A DNA stretch of 64,000 nucleotides from Tequatrovirus BCH953P2. The translations under genes and the position numbers were made by a program. The stretch is taken from sequence record OZ035785.1; one strand, written 5' to 3'. The notes beneath the pieces were generated by a model. That model saw nothing but the letters and a program-made list of their open reading frames with translations. It searched no databases and had not been told where the DNA came from. Positions 39,213 to 48,916 of the stretch are shown one piece after another. Within the stretch, counting starts at the first letter, position 1. Each line of letters opens with the position of its first letter.

Positions 39213-39254
39213 TGCGGCAACCTTGTCGGGGTTCCACCTGCTAAGGCAAGTGTT

Positions 39255-39420
39255 TGTGCGAAACGCCGGGACTTGAACCCGGTTATTAAGTAGTTGACGC
39301 TACTCAATATTTTTAAAAGGCCATATCTCGACCATATCCGAACGTTCCGTCAAAAACGCTACTCGGCTTACGGCAAAGATATTTCCTCGAATCGATAATT
39401 CGGTGCGCCGTTTCTGCTGT
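39255..39420 (-). ncRNA. Candidate small stable RNA with tRNA-like T arm
   Basis: No ORF across 39213-39493; minus-strand T-arm-like CCGGG-TTCAAGT-CCCGG (plus 39266-39282) with possible acceptor pairing about 150 nt upstream; T4 makes two small stable RNAs from its tRNA region. Confidence 0.25.
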
Positions 39421-39493
39421 GATGTAAGAGGACATCAATAAACGCAAAGATTATTAACGCAATTCCTTACTCAGGGAACATCAGTCCGACGAC

Positions 39494-40048
39494 TTACCGG
39501 TAGCGACCCGGTTTCTCATTTGGTATTTCAAATTGTGTAGATTTAGTATCTAATTTTTTAACTATGGAACTTATGTCATGAAAGAAAAACCATTCACCAT
39601 TTATATGGTCCTGATTATAAATGCTGTGCATATATTTTTCAAGTTCTACTGCATCCTGGGAATATCTAAATGATACTATTTTAAAACTTTTAAACGGTGA
39701 AAATGTATTTGCTGTTATAACTCTAACATCAGGTTCTATACTTCTTCCTATTTTATAATAATTAGGATTTGTAGTATCTACCATTATGTATACGAAAGCC
39801 TGTCGATAGCTTTTTTCTATATCAAATTCATCTTTAAATTTCAAAAGATTTAGGGCGGCAGTCCTACAAAATACTTTCCATTTTGACAAGCGTTTGGCTT
39901 CAGTCATAGAAAAGAATTTTTTCTTATCTGTTATTTTAAGAAAAGCAACATTTTCAATTAGTTCTTGTGTTATTTCAAAATTACCATGGTATATTAATCC
40001 AGCTTTTATAGCCAAATTAATTTGGTCCCAGTCTACATCACTTCTCAT
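39494..40048 (-). CDS. GIY-YIG-like (T5orf172-type) domain protein embedded beside the tRNA genes
   Basis: 184 aa; central FVYIMVDTTNPNYYKIGRS followed by E and YNQDHINGEWFFF resembles the GIY-YIG/T5orf172 core; T4 carries the homing endonuclease segB in this neighbourhood. Confidence 0.45.
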   Translation of the reverse strand: MRSDVDWDQINLAIKAGLIYHGNFEITQELIENVAFLKITDKKKFFSMTEAKRLSKWKVFCRTAALNLLKFKDEFDIEKSYRQAFVYIMVDTTNPNYYKIGRSIEPDVRVITANTFSPFKSFKIVSFRYSQDAVELEKYMHSIYNQDHINGEWFFFHDISSIVKKLDTKSTQFEIPNEKPGRYR

Positions 40049-40069
40049 AATATTATTCTCTCAATAATT

Positions 40070-40146
40070 TGGTCAGGGTGAAAGGATTCTAACCTTTAAC
40101 CTGCGGTTTAGAGGACCGCTACTCTATACAATTGAGTTACACCCCG
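40070..40146 (-). tRNA. tRNA-like element, anticodon UCU (Arg) if folded as tRNA; atypical
   Basis: Hand fold: acceptor CGGGGTG/CACCCTG, anticodon stem GCGGT/ACCGC, loop CCUCUAA, T arm AAAGG-TTAGAAT-CCTTT, 3-prime CCA encoded; D loop lacks GG and position 33 is C. Confidence 0.35.
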
Positions 40147-40272
40147 TAATTAGTTCACAGCAATACCTACTCCAACAATCAAGATGTCTTCACACGAAAT
40201 TAAGAGAAGTGTGATCAGTTCAACCCCTATAATCGCGTCAAGTAGATATTAATGTGACAACTGTCACAAGTT

Positions 40273-40347
40273 TGGCGGACATGCATGGATTCGAACCATG
40301 GACCAATTGATTAACAGTCAACTGCTCTACCACTGAGCTACACATCC
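40273..40347 (-). tRNA. tRNA-Asn (anticodon GUU)
   Basis: Hand fold of reverse complement GGATGTGTAGCTCAGTGGTAGAGCAGTTGACTGTTAATCAATTGGTCCATGGTTCGAATCCATGCATGTCCGCCA; loop CUGUUAA; CCA encoded. Confidence 0.7.
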
Positions 40348-40351
40348 AAAT

Positions 40352-40438
40352 TGGTGGGGAGTGGTGGAGTCGAACCACCCGAGTCGCAATGACAATGAAT
40401 TTACAGTCCACCCCGCTACCCCTACCGGATAACTCCCC
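40352..40438 (-). tRNA. tRNA-Tyr (anticodon GUA), long variable arm
   Basis: Acceptor GGGGAGT/ACTCCCC, loop CUGUAAA, long variable arm, T arm GGTGG-TTCGACT-CCACC, CCA encoded; 5-prime end lies in a C12 run. Confidence 0.6.
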
Positions 40439-40458
40439 CCCCCCCCTAATTCTTAATT

Positions 40459-40533
40459 TGGTGGCCCTGGGTGGAATTGAACCACCATCTGGCGATTATG
40501 AGTCGCTTGCTTGAACCTTCCAGCTACAGGGCC
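40459..40533 (-). tRNA. tRNA with CAU anticodon (Ile2 lysidine-type or Met)
   Basis: Acceptor GGCCCTG/CAGGGCC, anticodon loop CUCAUAA, T arm GGTGG-TTCAATT-CCACC, CCA encoded. Confidence 0.6.
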
Positions 40534-40534
40534 T

Positions 40535-40610
40535 TGGTGCTGATTGACGGAATCGAACCGCCGACCTTCTCATTACAAGTGAGTTGCTCTACCTACTGAG
40601 CTAAATCAGC
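40535..40610 (-). tRNA. tRNA-Thr (anticodon UGU)
   Basis: Acceptor GCTGATT/AATCAGC, D arm GCTC-AGTAGGTA-GAGC, loop CUUGUAA, CCA encoded. Confidence 0.7.
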
Positions 40611-40615
40611 AAAAC

Positions 40616-40705
40616 TGGCGGAGGCGATAGGATTTGAACCTATGAGTCGCCGGAGCGACTGCCGGTTTTCAAGACCGGTGCATTAAACCACTCTGCCACG
40701 CCTCC
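40616..40705 (-). tRNA. tRNA-Ser (anticodon UGA), long variable arm
   Basis: Acceptor GGAGGCG/CGCCTCC, anticodon stem CCGGT/ACCGG with loop CUUGAAA, long variable arm, CCA encoded. Confidence 0.75.
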
Positions 40706-40707
40706 AG

Positions 40708-40781
40708 TCTCCGCGGCAGGATTTGAACCTACGACATTCTGCTCCCAAAGCAGACGCTCTACCAAACTGAGCTACACGGAG
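40708..40781 (-). tRNA. tRNA-Pro (anticodon UGG)
   Basis: Acceptor CTCCGTG/CGCGGAG, anticodon stem TCTGC/GCAGA, loop UUUGGGA; CCA not encoded; 2 nt spacer to tRNA-Ser. Confidence 0.7.
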
Positions 40782-40791
40782 TAAATTAAAT

Positions 40792-40865
<74 letters not shown>

Positions 40866-40870
40866 AAATT

Positions 40871-40957
40871 TGGTGCGAGAAGTGGGACTCGAACCCACAA
40901 GGAAATCATTCCGCAGCATTTTAAGTGCTGTGCCTTTACCAATTTGACCATTCTCGC
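40871..40957 (-). tRNA. tRNA-Leu (anticodon UAA), long variable arm
   Basis: Acceptor GCGAGAA/TTCTCGC, anticodon stem CAGCA/TGCTG with loop CUUAAAA, long variable arm, CCA encoded. Confidence 0.75.
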
Positions 40958-40958
40958 G

Positions 40959-41031
40959 CTGGGAATAAAGGACTCGAACCTTTGCATCTAGCAGTCAAAG
41001 TGCTATGCCTTACCAACTTGGCTAATTCCCA
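40959..41031 (-). tRNA. tRNA-Gln (anticodon UUG)
   Basis: Reverse complement begins TGGGAATTAGCCAAGTTGGTAAGGCATAGCACTTTGACTGCTAG, agreeing with remembered T4 tRNA-Gln; CCA not encoded; 1 nt spacer to tRNA-Leu. Confidence 0.8.
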
Positions 41032-41128
41032 ATTATTAACAAAGGCTCTCAAACAAGAACCCTTGATGATAGAGGGTATTAATCAGTGCGGTATGAGTTA
41101 ATAATAACAAATAATTCTTAAAGCATAT

Positions 41129-41416
41129 TTACCATTTATGATGATACATACTTACGATGCATTCAAGACCTAAAGGATTCTTGAAAATATCATATTCAAG
41201 AGGACCTTTTTCTGTTTCAATAAAGAAATCAAAATTTACTGTATTAAATTTACGGTCTTCCTTTACTAATTTAACTTGAGAAGATGAACGGTCAATGTAA
41301 ACCTTTTCAACTTCAAAACATGTTAAAACGCCATAATCATCAATCAAGGCTTTAGCTGCGTCTTGATCATATTTATATCCATTTTCAATGGATGATACTT
41401 TAGCATAAAGAATCAT
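41129..41416 (-). CDS. Hypothetical protein
   Basis: 95 aa ORF downstream of the tRNA cluster. Confidence 0.4.
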   Translation of the reverse strand: MILYAKVSSIENGYKYDQDAAKALIDDYGVLTCFEVEKVYIDRSSSQVKLVKEDRKFNTVNFDFFIETEKGPLEYDIFKNPLGLECIVSMYHHKW

Positions 41417-41418
41417 TA

Positions 41419-41799
41419 TCAGCCTTCATCAACAATAGTATGAGTGTGGGCATTTACAATTTGCCACCAATCAAAGCGATTAGAACCATACATCGGTTTG
41501 TTTTCATTTTCTTTGATAATATCACGGAGTTCATCTTCGGTAGCGGCTTTCGCGATTAAATCAGCATATCCACCACGAGGATAATAATTATCACCTGCAA
41601 AAAGTAAAAAGTTTGGTTTAATATTATTAAACTCTTCAAGAGTAATAACTGTTCCACCAGGTTGAACAATCTCTACATAACTATATCCTAATTTTTGAGC
41701 AGCATCTACTGCTTCAAGCAGGGTATCATGAGCCCATCCAATTTGGCAATCTGGCTTTTCAGATGGATTAGCCTGATAATCCGCGTACACTTTATACAT
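41419..41799 (-). CDS. Hypothetical protein
   Basis: Start set at MYKVYADYQ with AAAGGTGAA upstream; ORF track gives a longer 41419..41838 version. Confidence 0.4.
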   Translation of the reverse strand: MYKVYADYQANPSEKPDCQIGWAHDTLLEAVDAAQKLGYSYVEIVQPGGTVITLEEFNNIKPNFLLFAGDNYYPRGGYADLIAKAATEDELRDIIKENENKPMYGSNRFDWWQIVNAHTHTIVDEG

Positions 41800-41800
41800 T

Positions 41801-41986
41801 CTATTCACCTTTAGAAATTTTATCCATAACGATAGCAATTAAACCAATTAAAAATGCTACTACAAGTGAAAAAACATTTTCTGCTGTAGTCAATAATCCG
41901 CATATAAATCCAACAAACATTGAAAAACTAAAAGCGGAAGCAGAAATTGCAATAGCAACATTTCGAATTAATTCACAACGTTTCAT
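41801..41986 (-). CDS. Small membrane protein
   Basis: 61 aa, hydrophobic (FSMFVGFICGLLTTAENVFSLVVAFLIGLIAIV); early-promoter-like motif at 42015-42044. Confidence 0.4.
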   Translation of the reverse strand: MKRCELIRNVAIAISASAFSFSMFVGFICGLLTTAENVFSLVVAFLIGLIAIVMDKISKGE

Positions 41987-42014
41987 TTTATTCTCCTCAG
42001 TAGTAGATAGGGTA

Positions 42015-42044
42015 ATAGTATCACTACCCTATCTAAAAGTAAAC
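42015..42044 (-). promoter_or_regulatory. Early sigma70-type promoter
   Basis: Minus-strand GTTTAC-N18-TACTAT just downstream of the ipI stop. Confidence 0.5.
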
Positions 42045-42278
42045 TTATTTTTTACGAAAAATTGATTTATTTTCTGCTGCCCATTTTTCAATAACTGCAG
42101 CCGGACCAGTAACAACAATTTTATCACCGTAATCTTCTGCGGCGAGTTGACCGAAATTATCTAATGCATCACGAAGAACTCCATGAGGCATTTCACCCAT
42201 TTTATCTTTCTTGCCAGTGTAAATAAACTCAACTTTTACATCAGAAGATTCAGCGATAAATTCTTTAAACGTTTTCAT
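42045..42278 (-). CDS. ipI: Internal protein I (head-packaged anti-restriction protein)
   Basis: 77 aa beginning MKTFKEFIAES (capsid-targeting consensus), positioned before 57B/57A as in T4; early promoter at 42309-42338. Confidence 0.6.
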   Translation of the reverse strand: MKTFKEFIAESSDVKVEFIYTGKKDKMGEMPHGVLRDALDNFGQLAAEDYGDKIVVTGPAAVIEKWAAENKSIFRKK

Positions 42279-42308
42279 TTTATTTTCCTAATTAATTTTG
42301 ATGAGATA

Positions 42309-42338
42309 ATAGTATCACTACCTCATCAGCATGTAAAC
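42309..42338 (-). promoter_or_regulatory. Early sigma70-type promoter for ipI
   Basis: Minus-strand GTTTAC, 18 nt spacer, TACTAT, about 30 nt upstream of the ipI start. Confidence 0.55.
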
Positions 42339-42350
42339 AACTTTATGAAA

Positions 42351-43047
<697 letters not shown>

Positions 43048-43048
<1 letters not shown>

Positions 43049-43773
43049 TATAGTACCTTTAGTGTATTTTTAATTTTAGAAAAAAGTTCTTCAAGAGAAC
43101 CATCGTTTGTAATTACTAAATCGCCATCACGAATTGGCAATCCAGCTTCTGTAATATGTGTATCATTGGATTTTTGACCAGGACGAACTACATGAATTAC
43201 TGTAGCACCCATCGCCCTAGCCGCATCCATTTCATGATCTTGACGAGTATCAGGAACGATATAATAATCATAACCTGAGTTAAATTTATCAAGATAATCT
43301 AAAGCAAATAATTTTACCCAGTACATGCGATCGAAGTTATTAACAATCAAATCCGTACCTAGGGCTTGCATCAGACGACGGACTGACCATTGATCTTCAA
43401 TATTATTTATAACGTCAATAATCTTGTTAAACGCTACGGAATTAACTGATTCTTGTCCTTCGTCATCAAAAACAAACACACCTTTAATTGGGCTTTTACC
43501 ATTAAGATAGCAAAATGCTTGTTCCATAATCGTGATTACTTCTGATTTAGTCAGATTTAAATTAGTCTCACGATCATAGTCAATTCCTTCAAACTCTTTA
43601 CGAGTTAAGCAAGGATAGTCAGTGTTTTCTGCAAATACGCCCCATGCATAAGCCAATGCATCCTTAATAGGACCAGCAAGTTGGTATTTAACTGCAGAAT
43701 AATTGCTCATGATAAAATCAGCAGTAGTATCTTTTCCACTACGCTTTACACCGCTTAAAAAGATTAGTTTCAT
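43048..43773 (-). CDS. 1: Deoxynucleoside monophosphate kinase
   Basis: 241 aa from MKLIFLSGVKRSGKDTTADFI (P-loop), matching remembered T4 gp1; ORF track has a longer upstream version. Confidence 0.9.
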
Positions 43774-43822
43774 GTGTTTCTCCTCAAATTTAATTAAGAT
43801 TATAACACACAAAACTGAAGCA

Positions 43823-44353
43823 TTAAACTTCTGCTATAATTTTTCCATCTTTTTCTACTTGAAAATACGTATAAGGAATCGTTGCAGTACATACTAAAGC
43901 TGGGTCTGAATCTTCCGTATAGCTAAATTCTACTTCAGATAGGTCAGAAACCCAAGGCTTATAAAAATTTATTGACATCACGATTTCAGTTTTGCTATTA
44001 TCTAAAATGTAAAGCGTAATGTACTCAGGACCTGTTTTTTGGGCAGTATTTTCACCTGTAAGATAGTTGCTAGTTCCTAGCATCCATTCATACATTCCTA
44101 TCCACGACTTAAGTTCTTCATCAACTATAAATCTCACGATGAGTGGATCGTACTCAAATGTAGCACCCGGTCGTTGTGCTCGACCTAGTCCAAACGGCCC
44201 AGTCACGGTATCAGTAACAGGTATTCTAATTCCTGGAATAGGAACTGACTGAGCATTTAAAGTAAAAGCAGATGTAGTATTACTGTGTGGTATTGATACT
44301 ACAAAGTTAGTTGTATTTGCTTGGTTAAAAATTTGTTGCAGAGCTTGCGACAT
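43823..44353 (-). CDS. 3: Tail completion / sheath terminator gp3
   Basis: 176 aa from MSQALQQIFNQANTTNFVVSIP; T4 gene order 1-3-2-4. Confidence 0.8.
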   Translation of the reverse strand: MSQALQQIFNQANTTNFVVSIPHSNTTSAFTLNAQSVPIPGIRIPVTDTVTGPFGLGRAQRPGATFEYDPLIVRFIVDEELKSWIGMYEWMLGTSNYLTGENTAQKTGPEYITLYILDNSKTEIVMSINFYKPWVSDLSEVEFSYTEDSDPALVCTATIPYTYFQVEKDGKIIAEV

Positions 44354-44459
44354 ATATTCCTCATAATGCTTTATAATTGTTGGTGGTATAATGGGTCTAA
44401 GTCCCTTCCATTCAATTCCATTTAGAAAAAACAACAGAAAAGAATGGAAGATAATAGAA

Positions 44460-45284
44460 TTAAATATTTGACCAGACTTTGTTTGCAGAGAAACGTTTTC
44501 CTTTTGAAACGAACTGCTGAAGTGGCATCAACACAACGTTCGCCCAGTCTTTCGGGGCGATTTCAACAAGGCTACCCATAATATTACCAGGTATATATGC
44601 CTTAATCATTTGGTCTGCACCCCTAAATCCTTTCACTTGACTCCAATCAATTTTTAATTTCGTTTTATTAGTAATAGTAGGTGTATTTGCATATTGCTTT
44701 AAAAGCTCTTCTAGGAATTGCTGACGAGCTTTAGGTGGAATATAGTGCAAGTTTAATCCGTACATTAAATTATGCTTACCTAAACCAAGGTAAATTATCA
44801 AAGGAAATTTATCCCAGTAAGGAAGAGTTTCCTTGTGTTTAGCATCATAAGCAAAAGCATATATTCGTCCCGGCTGCGGGCGAACAACTTTATGTCCTTT
44901 TACTTGCTTAATAGTTTCAGCAAACCACTTTCTGGTTTTATTATTAATTGCTGCACCTTCATTACGAATTTTATCGCGCAATGTTTGCCTGAATGAATTT
45001 ATCATAAGCAGTTGTCTTTCTTGCTTATTGAGTTTATTCATTGGTTTTGATTCAAGTTTTTGAATCTTTTCAGCCGTTTTAATTCCTGAAGCATATTTTG
45101 ACATTGCCGAAGTAAACGTGGAGTATTTGATTCCTCTTTCTTCAGCAAATTGCTTTCCTGTCATTCCTTTTGCTTTGGCCTTTTTATATTCAAGACCTAT
45201 TTGAATCCATTTCTTTTCGTTTAATGATTGCTTAACCTTTGGAACTTGGGGAGTGCTTTCATTAATTATTTGAAAAATAGCCAT
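44460..45284 (-). CDS. 2: DNA end-protector protein gp2
   Basis: 274 aa ORF in the T4 gene 2 position. Confidence 0.8.
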
Positions 45285-45736
45285 TATGCCCCCTTAAAGC
45301 CAAGAGCTCGTAATCCATCTTCTGTTAGAATTCTAAATTTTATTCCACGCTTTTCAGCTAAAGATTGCGCTGCTTTCCATTTGTCGGTATTAACGGAATA
45401 TGTATAAATTTCATTCATAAATCTTTTCTTCGCTGCGGTTGTTAGATGCGCTGGTTTAACTGGTGGTTGTGTTTCTTTTTTAGGTTTTATTTCAATAAAA
45501 AATTCTTGTCCAGAAGAATCTTTCATCCAAATATCCATGAAGTATCTACGTTTTTTCCCTTCTGCATTACAAAAATAAGGAATTACTGCTGTTTCACTAC
45601 CCCATGCAATAATTTCTGGATTTTTATCTAACCATTCAAAAAAGAATTTTTCCCAATTTGATCTATACGTAATTTTTTTAGGGTCACCTCTATACTTTGA
45701 TATATTTTTAGGAACCCATTTTCCAGAATATGCCAT
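45284..45736 (-). CDS. 4: Head completion protein gp4
   Basis: 150 aa; minus-strand late promoter 27 nt upstream. Confidence 0.8.
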
Positions 45737-45747
45737 TGGATTCTCCT

Positions 45748-45755
45748 TATAAATA
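45748..45755 (+). promoter_or_regulatory. Late promoter TATAAATA for gene 53
   Basis: Exact TATAAATA about 28 nt upstream of the gene 53 ATG. Confidence 0.7.
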
Positions 45756-45762
45756 GATAATA

Positions 45763-45770
45763 TATTTATA
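45763..45770 (-). promoter_or_regulatory. Late promoter TATAAATA (minus strand) for genes 4-2-3
   Basis: Plus-strand TATTTATA about 27 nt upstream of the gene 4 start; divergent partner of the gene 53 promoter. Confidence 0.65.
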
Positions 45771-45783
45771 AACAGGAGGGCCC

Positions 45784-46374
45784 ATGCTCTTTACATTTTT
45801 TGATCCGATTGAATATGCGGCCAAAACGGTGAATAAAAACGCGCCGACTATTCCTATGACAGATATTTTTAGAAACTATAAAGACTATTTTAAACGCGCT
45901 CTTGCGGGATACCGCTTACGTACTTATTATATCAAAGGTTCACCACGCCCGGAAGAATTAGCAAATACTATATATGGAAATCCACAGTTGTATTGGGTTT
46001 TATTGATGTGTAATGATAATTATGATCCGTATTATGGATGGATTACTTCGCAAGAAGCTGCTTATCAAGCATCTATACAAAAATACAAAAATGTAGGTGG
46101 AGACCAAATAGTATATCATGTGAATGAGAACGGTGAAAAATTTTATAATTTAATATCATACGATGATAATCCATATGTTTGGTATGATAAAGGTGATAAA
46201 GCTAGAAAATATCCTCAATATGAAGGAGCACTTGCTGCTGTTAATACGTATGAAGATGCTGTTCTTGAAAATGAAAAACTTCGTCAAATAAAAATAATAG
46301 CAAAATCAGACATTAATTCATTTATGAACGACCTTATACGTATAATGGAGAAATCTTATGGAAATGATAAGTAA
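45784..46374 (+). CDS. 53: Baseplate wedge protein gp53
   Basis: 196 aa; plus-strand late promoter TATAAATA at 45748-45755; first gene of the plus-strand baseplate block. Confidence 0.85.
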   Translation: MLFTFFDPIEYAAKTVNKNAPTIPMTDIFRNYKDYFKRALAGYRLRTYYIKGSPRPEELANTIYGNPQLYWVLLMCNDNYDPYYGWITSQEAAYQASIQKYKNVGGDQIVYHVNENGEKFYNLISYDDNPYVWYDKGDKARKYPQYEGALAAVNTYEDAVLENEKLRQIKIIAKSDINSFMNDLIRIMEKSYGNDK

Positions 46375-48085
46375 TAACCTTAATTGGTTTGTTGGTGTTG
46401 TTGAAGATAGAATGGACCCATTAAAATTAGGTCGTGTTCGTGTTCGTGTGGTTGGTCTGCATCCACCTCAAAGAGCACAAGGTGATGTAATGGGTATTCC
46501 AACTGAAAAATTACCATGGATGTCAGTTATTCAACCTATAACTTCTGCAGCAATGTCTGGAATTGGAGGTTCTGTTACTGGACCGGTAGAAGGAACTAAA
46601 GTTTATGGTCATTTTTTAGACAAATGGAAAACTAACGGAATTGTCCTTGGCACGTATGGTGGAATAGTTCGCGAAAAACCGAATAGACTTGAAGGATTTT
46701 CTGACCCAACCGGGCAGTATCCTAGACGTTTAGGAAATGATACTAACGTACTAAACCAAGGCGGAGAAGTAGGATATGATTCCTCTTCTAATATTATCCA
46801 AGATAGTAACCTAGACACCGCAATAAATCCCGATGATAGACCACTATCAGAGATTCCAACCGATGATAATCCAAATATGTCAATGGCTGAAATGCTTCGC
46901 CGTGATGAAGGATTAAGACTAAAAGTTTATTGGGATACCGAAGGATATCCGACAATTGGTATTGGTCATCTTATCATGAAGCAGCCAGTTCGTGATATGG
47001 CTCAAATTAATAAAGTTTTATCGAAACAAGTTGGTCGTGAAATTACAGGAAATCCAGGTTCTATTACAATGGAAGAAGCGGTAACTTTATTTGAACGTGA
47101 TTTAGCTGATATGCAACGTGACATTAAATCACATTCTAAAGTAGGACCAGTCTGGCAAGCTGTCAACCGTTCTCGTCAAATGGCGTTAGAAAATATGGCA
47201 TTTCAGATGGGTGTTGGCGGTGTAGCTAAATTTAACACAATGTTAACTGCTATGTTAGCAGGAGATTGGGAAAAAGCATATAAAGCCGGTCGTGATTCAT
47301 TGTGGTATCAACAAACAAAAGGCCGTGCATCCCGTGTTACTATGATTATTCTTACGGGAAATTTGGAATCATATGGTGTTGAAGTGAAAACCCCAGCTAG
47401 GTCTCTATCAGCAATGGCTGCTACTGTAGCTAAATCTTCTGACCCTGCTGATCCTCCTATTCCAAATGACTCGAGAATTTTATTCAAAGAACCAGTTTCT
47501 TCATATAAAGGTGAATATCCTTATGTGCATACAATGGAAACTGAAAGCGGACATATTCAGGAATTTGATGATACCCCTGGGCAAGAACGATATAGATTAG
47601 TTCATCCAACTGGAACTTATGAAGAAGTATCACCGTCAGGAAGAAGAACAAGAAAAACTGTTGATAATTTGTATGATATAACCAACGCTGATGGTAATTT
47701 TTTGGTAGCCGGTGATAAAAAGACTAACGTCGGTGGTTCAGAAATTTATTATAACATGGATAATCGTCTTCACCAGATAGATGGAAGCAATACAATATTT
47801 GTGCGCGGCGATGAAACTAAGACGGTTGAAGGTAATGGAACTATCCTAGTTAAAGGTAATGTTACCATTGTAGTTGAAGGTAATGCTGACATTACAGTTA
47901 AAGGAGATGCTACCACTTTAGTTGAAGGAAATCAAACTAATACAGTAAATGGAAATCTTTCTTGGAAAGTTGCTGGGACAGTTGATTGGGACGTTGGTGG
48001 TGATTGGACAGAAAAAATGGCATCTATGAGTTCTATTTCATCTGGTCAATACACAATTGATGGATCGAGGATTGACATTGGCTAA
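46358..48085 (+). CDS. 5: Baseplate hub / tail lysozyme gp5
   Basis: 575 aa; central lysozyme domain MAEMLRRDEGLRLKVYWDTEGYPTIGIGHL parallels the e lysozyme; C-terminal VxGxxxxxV beta-helix repeats. Confidence 0.95.
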   Translation: MEMISNNLNWFVGVVEDRMDPLKLGRVRVRVVGLHPPQRAQGDVMGIPTEKLPWMSVIQPITSAAMSGIGGSVTGPVEGTKVYGHFLDKWKTNGIVLGTYGGIVREKPNRLEGFSDPTGQYPRRLGNDTNVLNQGGEVGYDSSSNIIQDSNLDTAINPDDRPLSEIPTDDNPNMSMAEMLRRDEGLRLKVYWDTEGYPTIGIGHLIMKQPVRDMAQINKVLSKQVGREITGNPGSITMEEAVTLFERDLADMQRDIKSHSKVGPVWQAVNRSRQMALENMAFQMGVGGVAKFNTMLTAMLAGDWEKAYKAGRDSLWYQQTKGRASRVTMIILTGNLESYGVEVKTPARSLSAMAATVAKSSDPADPPIPNDSRILFKEPVSSYKGEYPYVHTMETESGHIQEFDDTPGQERYRLVHPTGTYEEVSPSGRRTRKTVDNLYDITNADGNFLVAGDKKTNVGGSEIYYNMDNRLHQIDGSNTIFVRGDETKTVEGNGTILVKGNVTIVVEGNADITVKGDATTLVEGNQTNTVNGNLSWKVAGTVDWDVGGDWTEKMASMSSISSGQYTIDGSRIDIG

Positions 48086-48614
48086 TATACTTCCAATGAG
48101 CGCTGATTTAGGAGAATCCATGGAAGGTTCTTCTATCGACGTCACCTTTACCGCTCAATTAGAAACAGGTGAAACGTTAGTATCTATAAATATAACTAGT
48201 TACGAAGAAACTCCTGGGGTTTTAGTAGAAGAAAATCGCTTATATGGAACATATGAATCTGTATTTGGTTTCGGAAATGACGCGTTAAAATATCGTTTAG
48301 GTGATGAATTTAAAACTGCTGCTTCATGGGAAGAACTTCCTACTGATTCTGATACTCAGTTGTATTTGTGGAAAGCTCCTCAGAATCTCCAGAAGACATT
48401 CACTTACGAAGTAACATTAATATATGACTACCAAGAACAGAGTGAATCTGGAGGTTCTGGCAGTAATTCTAGGTCATCTTCTGATATTACTGAACCGACG
48501 AATCCTCCTGCTCCAGTAAGAAAAACTCTCGTTAAAAATTATACTAAAACTATAGTTGGAAATTGGAGTCGTTGGGCTAATAAATTGAGAAGCTATGTGT
48601 ATGAGAGGTCATAA
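48057..48614 (+). CDS. 5.1: gp5.1, start uncertain
   Basis: 185 aa ORF overlapping the gene 5 end; T4 gene order 5-5.1-5.4-6. Confidence 0.6.
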   Translation: MMDRGLTLANILPMSADLGESMEGSSIDVTFTAQLETGETLVSINITSYEETPGVLVEENRLYGTYESVFGFGNDALKYRLGDEFKTAASWEELPTDSDTQLYLWKAPQNLQKTFTYEVTLIYDYQEQSESGGSGSNSRSSSDITEPTNPPAPVRKTLVKNYTKTIVGNWSRWANKLRSYVYERS

Positions 48615-48908
48615 ATGCCAGGATTAAGTTATGATAAGTGTGTTACTGCTGGACATGAAGCATGGCCTCCAACAGTTGTGAATGCTACACAAAGTAAAGT
48701 ATTCACTGGAGGAATTGCTGTTCTCGTAGCAGGCGATCCAATTACAGAACATACAGAAATTAAAAAGCCATATGAAACACATGGCGGAGTGACACAACCT
48801 AGAACTTCTAAGGTATATGTCACTGGAAAGAAAGCTGTTCAAATGGCTGATCCAATATCATGCGGTGATACTGTGGCTCAGGCATCATCTAAAGTATTCA
48901 TTAAATAG
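48615..48908 (+). CDS. 5.4: Spike-tip protein gp5.4 (PAAR-like)
   Basis: 97 aa ORF with Cys/His residues, immediately before gene 6. Confidence 0.75.
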   Translation: MPGLSYDKCVTAGHEAWPPTVVNATQSKVFTGGIAVLVAGDPITEHTEIKKPYETHGGVTQPRTSKVYVTGKKAVQMADPISCGDTVAQASSKVFIK

Positions 48909-48916
48909 GATTTAAA

